From NCBI RefSeq assembly GCF_006345805.1, contig NW_021833886.1, positions 1 to 61,601 on the forward strand: DNA of 61,601 nt, in the 5' to 3' direction. The DNA comes from Octopus sinensis (lineage: Eukaryota). The translations under genes were made by a program, and so were the position numbers. The notes beneath the pieces are model-generated. The model ran no database searches and was not told where the DNA came from. It saw only the letters and a program-made list of their open reading frames with translations. Shown here one piece after another: positions 50,612 through 61,601 of this stretch; position 1 is the stretch's first letter, and the number at the start of each line of letters is the position of its first letter.

Positions 50612-52590
50612 AGAAGTATTCTTCCATGGTCACGTAGGGAGGTGAAGTTGGATCCATCCTAAAGATGTGTTCAAATAGCCTCCAGCGACCATTGACGATG
50701 TACCGGCTAATTGGCCCCGAGTTACCTGATCTTGTAGATAGTCGAGTTGCTGATTTTCTTCGCCCAGTGTAGGCAGTTCAGGAAAGTGTCTGAGCGTGAT
50801 ATCTCAACCAATTCCGTCTTGTCCGGGTTCATTTTTAGAAACCATTCCCCGAGTTTTTCTGGTACAATCTCCAGCAGTCTAGCCAGTGCTGATCTGTCGC
50901 TCGACACTAAGTCAAAATCATCCGCGTAGATAATTTCGCTGATTGACTCCCCGTATAGACTTCTCAGCTTTCGTAGGGCAGCTTCAAGGTAAATACGAAG
51001 AGCAGTGGTGAAAGGGAGTCACCCTAAGGAGTTCCCACATTTGTTAAGAATGGTCTGGACAAAGTCCTCCCAAGGCGGACAGTAAGTTCCGTGTTTGTCA
51101 GTAGTACCTGGATTATTCTGGTTTCATCCTCTTCTAAGAAGCTCTGCGGGATCTTCATTAGGAGATCTCGCTGAATGCTGTCGAAAGCTCTCGACATATC
51201 GATCCAATAGGTTTCTAGTGGGCCACTAGGTTTGTTAGATTTTTGAATAGGTATTAGGATCCCGGATTCGAGTGAGAGTAAGTAGTTTTCAGTAAATATA
51301 TATCATTCAGAATGTTCGCTATATTGCTTAAGAGAGACTCGGGTCCGTATTTTAAAAGCTTCGCACTGATGTCGTTTGGCCCCGCAGCTCGATTGTTTTT
51401 TAGCCTCTAGCTGCCTTTTTAACTTCATCCAGAGTAATTTTATTCCTCAGAAGCCGTGTTCGTGCTGAATCGTTGTTCAAAGAAATCTTCTATAAGGCTT
51501 ACCTGTTCCACCGGGTCAGATACTTCAGTTCTTTTGTTGGTTAGGAGTCGAAGTTTAGGGCTGCTTTTTTTCCTATTGAGCAGCCGTAATGCCTGAAACA
51601 TTCGTGCATTGTCATTGAGAGATTCCAGCTCCTTAAGTCGGGAGGTCAGAGTATCCAGACCGTATTGTAGATTCAGTCCCTTTATTTGTTTCTGACTAAT
51701 TTCGGGCTTTTAGTGCATGGGCTTTTAGTGCATGTTTGGTATCCGGATCCGTAGTGTTCTCAATCGTCAACTTGATCTCTTTTTGTTCAGCCGATATAGG
51801 GCAAAAAAATCCGGATGTCATAGTCTGGAGTGTTCTTGTTCTTTGGATGTTCTCCAACACATTTATTTGCGGCCTGATGGATGCCACTAGACAGAGCATT
51901 CCAAGCGGCAGTCGGCATTAGTCCAGGCTTCATATTTTTGAGTGATTCTTCAATCGATGATTTGTAGATGTTTCGAGTTGATAGTGAAAAGACCAGTTTT
52001 TCCGTCAGGTATCTGCCCGGTGTATGAGTCATTCGATGATTTGATTTTTTCAGCAAGTATGATTTCTGCAGACTGAATCTGTTGACAACCACCCTGTGGT
52101 TGCTGTCAAAGAGTGATCCACCATAAGAGCGAGAGTCCAATAGAAGACATAAATCTTTTTGTCGGCAGATGTAGTCAATTTGGTTATAGATAGGCACGCA
52201 ATTCTTATTTTTTTCACGTCGACTTCCCGTCCAGGTTGATTTATGCCGAGCAGGATGTTCAAAAGCCGTGTTGCATAAGAAAAGTCCAAGCGTTTTGCAT
52301 AAGTTGGCTAATATGGTTCCTGGCAGGTTTCTATATCCTCTTCCGTGTCGTCCAATAAAGGTTACTGTGCCACAGCGAATACCAGCTTTTGCCGAGTCAG
52401 CACTTCTTGGAAGAATACTTCCTATCAGATGACGTAAAACCCTACCGGTTGTTCTGCAAGAAGACTTGGGGCTTTAAAAGAAAACCCTGAAGACCTGTGA
52501 TGATCTCGACGAACTTCGAATACTGGCCCAAAACCGCGGAAGCTGGGAATCGTTGGTACAGAAGGTCGTGTCGCGTGTTGCACGTGTAAG
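50612..52590 (-). mobile_element. Degenerate RTE-like LINE (APE plus RT, internally deleted), same family as 10000-10653
   Basis: WIDMSRAFDSIQRDLL, GDSLSPLLF, YADD-type motif, RWRLFEHIFRMDPTSPPYVTMEEYF; many stops and frameshifts. Confidence 0.85.
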
Positions 52591-52815
52591 AATATAACTC
52601 TTTTCTGTTTATGTCCATACGGAATGTGCTATAATAATATAATAATTTTTCAATATAGCTCTGAATTCAATTTCTAATTACTCAAAAAATTAAATTTTAT
52701 TTTTAAAATAAGATATTAGAAATATAATTTAGTAAATATTTATTCAATCTAATAAATTATGCGGATCGCTAATTAGTTTCTAGTTGTCTCGTGGCTTTAG
52801 TGTTTACATTAATTG

Positions 52816-53970
52816 ATGTCTATAAAACCACAATTTAATCCTAAAGTTATTCAATAAATTAATATTATTTTCAGATTCAATGTTTGGAAGATATATGTTT
52901 TGATGTGCAAGATCTATTTAACTTTAAAGTAAGTCTCCGGCGAAATCTAAGCGGCCATTTATCTAAAGTTTATGATTGTAATTGGTCTATATTTGAAAAG
53001 TACTAAAAACATTGCATAATATAGAAATAAACTCATATCAGTAGCTCAAGATGGGAGTATTATTATATGGGATACACTAAATGGAATGAAAATACATGTC
53101 ATAGCCTCTATGTCTAAATGGACGATGAGTTGTGCCTTCAACAAGGACGACTCTTCAGTAGTATGTGGCGGACTAGATAATATTGTCACAATTTATAAGT
53201 TTGTCTATCAAAATATACTTTAAAGTTTTAACAAAGAAAGGGATAAATATTCCTCTCAATGTGAAATGAACGAACACCAAGGCTATGTTTCAAAGGTCGA
53301 ATTTTTTAGTTATGAAAGTATTTTATCGAGTTCTGGAGATTCTACTTGGTAAACGATAATTTTTGATTTTTCAGTATTTTGTGGGATGTCAACACTGGTT
53401 CTAAGAAAATGCAATTTTGTGGACATTCGATGGATATTAATTCATTTTCTATTCAAAAGGAGTTTAATTATTTCATAACTTGTTCTCTCGATACGAGTAT
53501 TAAAGTATATATTTTATTTATTACTTTAAAGCTCTGGGACTACCGTACCCCGGAGGCACAATTGACATTTGAGTCCCATAAAGATGACGTTAATTGTGCA
53601 AAGGTTTTTGTTTTTGGTTTATTTTAGTTTTTTCCAAATGGAGTTGTGTTTGGCACTGCTTCTGATGATATGACAATTGGGTTATTTGATGTGCGGAATG
53701 TACAGAGGATTGGGACATATTCGTATAATAATATGCCATTCACTTGTCTTGATTTTTCTACTTCTGGGAGAGTGGTATTTGCAGGGTCGAACGATTCGAA
53801 CATATATTGTTTTGATGTCCTCAAAATGAAATTTATAGGTTTTTTGTAATAAGGGATTTTTAGCATCATTGTCGGGTCATTCGAGTAGAATTACTGGTGT
53901 TAAAGTCTCGCCTTTGGGAGATTCGTTGGCTTCAACTTCATGGGATTCTAACGTCAAAATTTGGAATTGA
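52816..53970 (+). CDS. Divergent heterotrimeric G-protein beta subunit (7 WD40), 323 aa, 7 introns of 24-29 nt
   Basis: RRNLSGHLSKVY, LISVAQDGSIIIWD, WTMSCAF, CGGLDNIVTIY, SSSGDSTCILWD, FFPNGVVFGTASDD, GHSSRITGVKVSPLGDSLASTSWDSNVKIWN*; introns 52846-52874, 53000-53024, 53199-53225, 53349-53374, 53505-53531, 53604-53627, 53839-53863 give a 972-nt ORF. Confidence 0.92.
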
Positions 53971-54749
53971 TTATTTATCTATTTTAATAAATTTGGAATT
54001 GTATTTTGTGAAATATGTTAAATTAATTTTTTACAAATTAAAAATTTAACTTTGAAAAGTTTAATAGGTTATGTATCGCACAGCCGTTTTGACTTACCCG
54101 TCTAATTGAAGTCGTTTTGATATAAATTACAAGTAATAACTTAGTCTGTTAATTAGTTCCCTTAATAATCTAGTAAAACAAATTGAATTGATTCAGATGA
54201 CTCATCTGATTGATTTAGTATTAGCAAAGCTTACGATAACAAAAGTTTTTTGACTTCTGTGAATGTCATTCAAAAAAGTAATAATGTTATTTTGTTTTTT
54301 AAAGGTTTTTCATTATAGATTTTTATTCACATCATGTGTTTGGTAAAAAAATCGAAGCTGTAAACAAATTTAGGATTATATTTAACTTTACCAGTTTTTA
54401 TTAAATAAAGTCAAGTTGATAGAAAATTGTAATTTAGTATACAGGATTGATTATATTAATGAGTAGTCGAGATAATCTAAAATATCTAACAAAGCCACAA
54501 ATTCAATTTTGTTTTAATATAAAAAAAATAATCAATGTTTATTCTTCGATACTCTCAAGACGAAGTACACAGTGAAACTTAGCGAGGAAAAGAGCTGATT
54601 ATTTATAGTATAATGAGTAAAATAAATTCACTTCTTTATAATCATTTTTAACTGATAAATTTTTATTTCGTAAGAAAGTTGCAAAAAAAACTTGATAAAG
54701 AAAGATCGCAATGTGCAAGCGTTGCCTTATTTTTGTGACCGATAAGGAT

Positions 54750-54824
54750 TTTTTCTCGTTTGGCCCGGATCGCATACGAAAATAAAATTTTGGCCCGCGA
54801 AGACAAAAATCCTGCCGACCCCTG
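54750..54824. mobile_element. Solo hAT right terminus
   Basis: Subterminal GGCCCG motifs and ...CCTGCCGACCCCTG followed by ATTTATAC; partner end not found. Confidence 0.55.
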
Positions 54825-55569
54825 ATTTATACCATTTAAGATTTAAACTGGGTCTTACCAAAAGCAAAGTTGAACTCACTTTAAATGGTGTGAGACAAAA
54901 ATCTTATTGCCACTGTGTTTATAATCCGTTCTACATTATAATCTGTTCTACATTTGTTCTAATTTGGTAGTGAGGGCTTTACTCAGCGGTTGTTTCTATA
55001 TTCTAGTTAATAGACCCGCTTATCATTGTCACTGTGTTTATAATCTGTTCTACACAACTCAAAGTTAAATATAACATTGTACATGAAATTTGTATAATTG
55101 CTGTCTTTTTGGTTCGAGTTGTTTTTTTGACGGGGACATTTTATTATATGGATATTCAGGTTTTTTGATACACAAATATTTTTTAGGTTTTAAATTTTTT
55201 CTGAACTTGTTTTTGCTTTTTTTGGTTTGTTAGTTATGGTATTTCTAATGTCATTCAAGAAAATATTGTCAAGACCACCAATACGCAACAATTCCTAACA
55301 ATCTTTAGCTTATTTGAGTTATTTGTAACAGTCCCAGCCAAATGTTAAAGGCACCGTATTTTTTGACTAAAAATCCATATTTGTGGCAAAATTTCAAAAA
55401 GTCTAAAAAATAAAATAATTTTTTAACTAAGATTGATCAGTTTGTAACAATTATAACGACGTCGATGGAATATTTCTGGCAATTTAAAAAATGGAAAAAA
55501 CAATCCGTCCATATGTTAGAGGCACTTTTTTAAAAAACGTAAAAAATAAATCTAATTTTATTTAATAAG

Positions 55570-56230
55570 TCAATATTTCGTAGTTCCGCATTAATTCCTT
55601 ACTACTAAAGAAATTCTTTCCGGAATGAATTCAAAAAGTCATACAATGACGTCTTTTTCGATGTTATTCCATGCATTTTTATCTCACTCCATGATCCCGG
55701 AATTGAGGACGCAATGACGTTTCTCATTATATTTTTTTAAACCGACCATAGATTTTCGATTTTGTTCAAGTCCGGAGACTTATTCGGCCAATTTCCCAAG
55801 AGATTTTTATTATTTTTAGTGAGGCACTCTTTTGTTGACTTTGATATATGACAGGTCGCTCCGTCATTCTGAAGAAGATACTCTTCCCCGCACAAATTAT
55901 CAAGTCCTTGCTTTTTCTCCATTACTTTTTATCGGTCCCCAAGAGAGCAGATATTTTACATTTCTGTGACATATTTTAAATGTAATTTATTGAAGGGGCA
56001 TTCTGAGGGTTGGCCAATTTCATGCCTGGGTGATGGATCATCATGTTAGTCAAGTACATGTGTGTTGTTAATTTTAATCAAAATCCAGAAAATATATTTT
56101 TTATTTTTTTTGGTGAGAAGGTTTTAAGGACCTCATCATCGACGATATTCTTGATATGTAAGTTTTTTGGGTAGAAGATTTTTGAAGGACATCATCATTT
56201 TAAACTTGTTACCCATTATTGGCGAATTAT
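55570..56230 (-). pseudogene. Tc1/IS630-like transposase remnant
   Basis: YLLQNDGATCHISKST...NWPNKSPDLNKIENLWSV...WSEIKNAWNNIEKD. Confidence 0.7.
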
Positions 56231-56242
56231 AAGGCGGAGGAT

Positions 56243-59200
56243 TTCTCGTTTGCAAGGAGGTCATACTTCCTCCTTTTCTCCACTTCCACTATCTGCAAAC
56301 GGTCTAGGCACGTGATGCCCACCTCCACGATAACAATCTCCCCGGTGACCTTATCGTGGACCACAATGTCGGGTCTGTTGTGCTGGACAACAATCGAGGT
56401 GCGTATGGGGGTATCCACCTTAATGCACACCCGCGAGTTCTCACACACCGATGAACTCGATGGGTTCGCAACTTTCTGGACCGCCTCAAGCCATACTTAT
56501 TGCAGAGCAAAAGATGGAGGGACCTCACCACCTCGTTATGCCTCCATGTGTAATCATGGTAAAGCATACTCCCGCACTTCGTGGCTAAATGGTCAACGGT
56601 CATTGCCTTACTCTTACAGTGGTTACACTGTTTCCGTTGACCATTAAAAAGTTCTATCCTGCAAATATGAGAACAACCCTTCTGATCGGGGAGAGTTATT
56701 CCCATATTTCAGCCACGTAGATGACGACGATACGTCAATGTGCGGGTTGTCCAGGCTGCTAAAGAGAGTCTTGTGAAGGACTTTAAGTTGATCTTTTTAA
56801 TTAAAGACTCTTTTGAAGTTTGATCAACTCCTTCACATTAACTTGGGTAGCACCTAGACCATACTTAGCCGACACATAGCCTTTTATGGTCCCTAGGTGT
56901 GTACCACGCGCTTTTTCAGCAGCAAGGATGGCAGCCTTCCTTTGGGATACACTCGACCCACTCCACAAGGTGTCGTGCATCTTAGTAGAATTCGCTCACT
57001 TAAGTGTACGATGTTACTCAGTCCACGTCCTAGCTGCCCGCGAGACAAGTACAATCTCTCCTTATTGCTTGCCAACACGTGGTGGACATGATTCTCTCGG
57101 AGTACTCTTCGGACAATAAGGTCCATTTCATCGTACTCACTCGGCTCGAATTCGATCAGGCCAACGTAGTAGTTTAGCAATGAGATGGCATACTCGTTCA
57201 AGGCATGAAATAAGTTCCTTGCATTGAGCCGAGTCTTACATAACATTGCCGCCCTACTACGCACACCCTCCACTACACACTTTCTCGTTTCGGGTGTAAT
57301 AATGAGGCTGACTCTCAACCACACCAAGATACTTTATCCTTGGTGTTCCTCCAAGACTTTGACTAGGTCACCGCACACAGGGGTGTTAGTCGCCGACTTG
57401 TTGTAGTTGAGCTCCAACCCCACGGCCTTCATGATGAAACCTTTCAGGACTTTACCATCGAGTGGAGGATCTCTGAAGACCGAGCGAACAGCTTAATGTC
57501 GTCTATGAACATGAGATGGTTAGTGCTAAAACACCCTCCTTCATGTTCGATCGACATTGTTCGAATTGGGCAGTGAGGACTCTACTCAGCGGTTCTGCAG
57601 AGGACGAACAGCAGCGGAGACATGCTGTCGCCCTGTAATATGCCCCTCTCTAGTTTCACCTCGCCTATATCGCATTTGTTGTAATGTAGATGCACGTTCC
57701 ACCTGTCCATCACAGTTGCAACAAATTTGATAAACCACATTGGCAACTTAAGCCTTCGCAGACACTCAACGAGGTAGGCATGATCAACCGAGTCATATGC
57801 CTTCTTCACATCCACCCACATTGACACTAGTGAGTTTCCGTGGGCTCTCGCGAGGCATTTGTTGATCAGTGCCTGCTCCTTAGCTCCCTGGCAATCCGCG
57901 AGTAGTACCAACTGGTTCTCGGACAGAATCCCATTCACCTCCACGAAATTCTGACCTCAGTAGCCACCACCTTAGTCATCAACTTGTACAGGTTGGGCAT
58001 ACAGGTTATCGGACGATAATCTGTCGGAGCGGAAGGGTTATCTACTTTAGGGATCAAATAAGTGACCCCAGTACATAACCACTCTGGAATCGAGCCAGGG
58101 TCTAGTGTAAACTGTTCGATTGCTCGACACATGCAATCATGGATAGGTTTGCAATTTTTAATAAAGAAATTATAACACTATCGACCCCAGGTGTCTTCCA
58201 GTCAGAGAGACGGGTTACTGCTTCATCGAACTTCTTGCGGATGTCAGAGGACACCACAAGACTCGGTCATCAAGGGAGCATCGGGTCCACAAAACGGAAA
58301 CGACACACCCTTGCGAGGACGTGCTTTCCACATACTCCCCCATGTGTCAAGCATTTCGGCCTTTTGCTGGGTACCCTCCTTCGTCTCTCCGTGCAACCGA
58401 CGATAGAACGACCTGCGATTAAATTCAAACAGGTTGTTCTCCCGCCTGCGCTGACACCGAGACTCATGAGTTGAGAGCTTCTTCTGATAAACGAGAATCA
58501 GCTCCTCCCTCTCTGCCCGGACACGCCTCAACTCGTTGAGGTCCCATTTGGCAGCTCGTTCCCGACGAAGTAAAGTACGCACCAAGGGGGGAGTCTTGCC
58601 CTTGACCCCATTGCTCACATTCAAAATGTGCCCAGTCAGCGCTTCCAGCTCGGCTTTCCTTGCGGCTACTTTTGCGGCAATGTTTTCTCTCCATCTACTC
58701 TTTGGGGCAGGCCTCTGAGTGATTTCATCATAGGTTGTCTGTGCCGAGTACAAATAGAGAGAAATCTCGTCCATTGTCTCCGGAGGCTCACGCACGATCG
58801 CGTAAGCTATGGCACGATTGATGCAACCCATCACGTCACTTCTGAGTTGCCACCGAGGTATCTTTCGGGTCACTCTGCGGTCCGCAAGAAGGACACAACA
58901 CGATTCGCAGAGATATGCCTACTAAATATCTCCTTAACCTGCAAGAGTAGCGATAACTCACTACTCTGGTGCTCGTGTTGTTCAGAACAGGGGGGCATCC
59001 TGACGGCGTAACCGCAGCGGCAGTCCTCCCCCGCGAGCCAGGAGGAGGGGTCTTGGCCAGCTTCTTCAGTGCATCTAACGATAGGTTCGAGCTAAAGCGT
59101 CGATTGAAACACTGAAGCAGGGTAGGCAACCATTTCTGGGCATCCTGGAAGCTCTTCCCAACACTTGGGAAAGGGCGGATTTAACCCAGTCCTCCCGGGT

Positions 59201-59345
59201 CGTGCACTCGATCCCTTCTGCAATGGCAAAGACGATGTTCTTGCCATCGGACGTCTGTCTCTCCGATGCGGTTGTCCATCCTGCTCTAGGTATATTATTA
59301 TTATAATATTGTTAGTTTCTTGTTGTCCAGGTAGAGCACACATCG
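56243..59345 (-). mobile_element. Near full-length, frameshifted R4-like (RLE-type) non-LTR retrotransposon, 3'-truncated
   Basis: DYRPITCMPNLYKLMT, WVDVKKAYDSVDH, GILQGDSMSPLLFVL, NHLMFIDDIKLF, ERLYLSRGQLGRGL, zinc knuckle (CKSKAMTVDHLATKC), RHNEVVR, RPDIVVHDK...VEVGIT...EKRRKYDLLANE. Confidence 0.9.
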
Positions 59346-60779
59346 AGATAGTAGCACGTTTTTTTTTCCTTATATTAATTAAAAATTAAATTTTAAACAA
59401 TTATGAATTTAGAATTCTTTTATATCAGAATTTTCTCTATTACGCCTTTTTTGACGTTGTTCCTAATTTTTAATTAGTAATAAAATTACATCATGCAATT
59501 TTTGCATTGCTTCTTCACATTTCATCAGGTGTTCCTAAATGATTCTAATTTTTATTGTCAATAAACCATTTGAATTCTTTGCCTTTCGATATATTCATCC
59601 CAATTGTTATCCTTATATGTATCTGGAGGCATTCTCTGTATTGTTTATCAGACGGTGATTTATATATTTCAATAGTTATTGATTATGATTATGTTCGAAA
59701 TAATAGTGTATTGAAATCCAATTAAATTTCAAAATACGAAATATTTCATTTAATTATTGATATGTTCGAAATTATTAAAAAGAGAAAAGAAACTTATTTG
59801 CAAAAAATCTGCTTTTTAAATCTCAGTCTAACAATCAAAATATCTTGACAGCTTTATCAATAAAATTTTTTTATGGACCGATTGACGTTTCGGATTAAAG
59901 TTAAATTGTTTTTTAATTTGTTTAAGATCAATTATTTAGGAGAAAAGCATTTTTAGAATCGGCCAGCAAGCCGGATGTAACAGCTGTTCTTGCGCACAAC
60001 GGTCAACAGGATCCTTTGGATTAGATGATGTTATTTTCACTGTAAGATTACTAACAAACTAATTATTGGTTCAAATGTGTTCAAAAAAGCCGCCAAAAAG
60101 AAATTAAAACTTGATTTTGTACAATTTCTTATATTTGTAACAAAGAGTGTTTGATCAGCTAAATAAAAACAGTTGTGTTTCAAATAGATTGAAAATATGA
60201 TATATGTCACTTGTCAAAATGAAATTAGATATGTTTACTGTAAATTTTGGTTGTCATGTGTACATTCTCTTATTAAATTTACAAAATAGTAAATTTATCC
60301 CTTTTCTATTTCAATTTTGCACGTTCATATTTTGTTCCGTATTGTGCAAAACCTGCACTTTCTCTTGTTTATTGCACATTTCTTGCTTCTGTGGCGATTG
60401 GCGATAAATAAATAATCAGGGTCTCAATCAACCTTATTGAATTGGATTTATACTCGTTCTATCTTTTTTAATATAATCGGTCGATTTAGAATTTATTGTA
60501 CAAACATCTCGAATTCGCTCCTTCTCAAATCCGCTTGGTTTAGTCATAAATTTTGAATTTCCTATTAAAGATTTCGAATCCGCTCGTCATTAATTTGAAA
60601 AACAAATTTACTTAATTTTTATTTAAATTACACGCCACATTGTTTTTTTGAGATGCTTAGTTGTACTAGACTTTCTATCAACGAAAAAATTTATATTTCA
60701 AGAATTTTTCTGTCATACTGAAAAAGACAGCGATAAACGATCTTAAGTCCAAATCCGACCTATTAAATAAAAACATTCA

Positions 60780-61480
60780 ACGTTACAAGAATTCCTATAT
60801 TTAAGTTAAATGAAATTGCTGATAAACTGGTAGCATGGATTAACATAATGGAATCAAAGGGAACAATTTTATCTGATTAAATAATCATTTCAAAGGCTCT
60901 TAAATTTGATGAAAATAATGGAGAATTCGAAGCAACCTGTAGATGGCTAGAAAAGTTTAGGACCCGAAATGGTCTTAAGTTAAGAAAAAATTACGGCGAT
61001 ATGGTATCAATTAATCATAATTAAAAATCCATTACTTATTTCAATGACATAATCAATTTAAAAATTCTAAACATGGATTGGATCATGTCTATAATGCTGA
61101 TGAAACCGGCGTTTTTTACAAGAAAATTTCCTTGAAAAGTGAATGTACAAAATCAAGGACTGGAATAAAGTTGTCTAAAGATCGATTTTCGTTATTATGT
61201 GCAAATTGTTCCGGTGAGGATAAAAGAATGCCAAAATCGGTAAAAAATAATGAATTGCAAAATTGAACATTAACTCAGGATTTAATTATATCGTCACACA
61301 TTTAACAGCATTTCTTTTAGTAATAAAAATACAAGTTTTCTCTATTATGCACCGCAACCTCCGGACCAGATACCTTCATGCTATGTAGCTTTTTTACACT
61401 AGCTTGAAAAAGACTTAATGGACAGCTATTCATTCGTACTTTTAAATACCAAGTAAAAATGCTAATCAGACTGTCTTAGG
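60780..61480 (+). pseudogene. Degenerate Tigger/jerky-like transposase
   Basis: FEATCRWLEKFRTRNG, VYNADETGVFYK, KLSKDRFSLLCANCSGEDK; multiple stops. Confidence 0.75.
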
Positions 61481-61601
61481 CTATTAAAATATTTAAAATT
61501 ACTATAGCAATCTGGAAAACCGGAAATACAATGTTTTCGTAGCTAAAAAGGAAATCCGTCATTTCGAATTTAACCTTTGCGTTTGAATAAATTTCTTGTT
61601 T

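Overview
AT-rich eukaryotic (animal-type) genomic window, heavily loaded with transposable elements. The many short ORFs in the six-frame track mostly reflect ultrashort GT-AG introns (22-30 nt in nearly all I traced). Host genes: an apparently intact axonemal dynein heavy chain DNAH6 (about 13.3 kb, minus), an NPC2/ML-domain lipid-binding gene, TMEM209, CPT2 and a divergent G-protein beta subunit, plus deleted duplicates of the G-beta and NPC2 loci. A compact U1 snRNA gene not shown by the ORF track lies at about 9664-9810 (minus). The rest is mostly transposons: Tc1 (one apparently intact), pogo/Tigger, Merlin, hAT/Buster, a Ginger/GIN-like integrase, and CRE, RTE, Jockey/I-like and R4-type non-LTR retrotransposons, often nested. 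Tiny introns plus ciliary dynein plus animal genes suggest a dicyemid-like organism (inference only). Most notable: (1) a reduced U1 with altered SL1 loop and minimal SL4 in a genome of ~25-nt introns with degenerate donors; (2) transposases/integrase of four unrelated DNA-transposon superfamilies carry host-style ultrashort introns; (3) a hAT element whose left 24 bp is duplicated around 1.65 kb of cargo that includes a 48-bp higher-order palindromic minisatellite; (4) a telomere-like 35-bp minisatellite; (5) DNAH6 forms a GC-rich island that includes its introns. All assignments are by eye and from recalled protein motifs; no searches were run.
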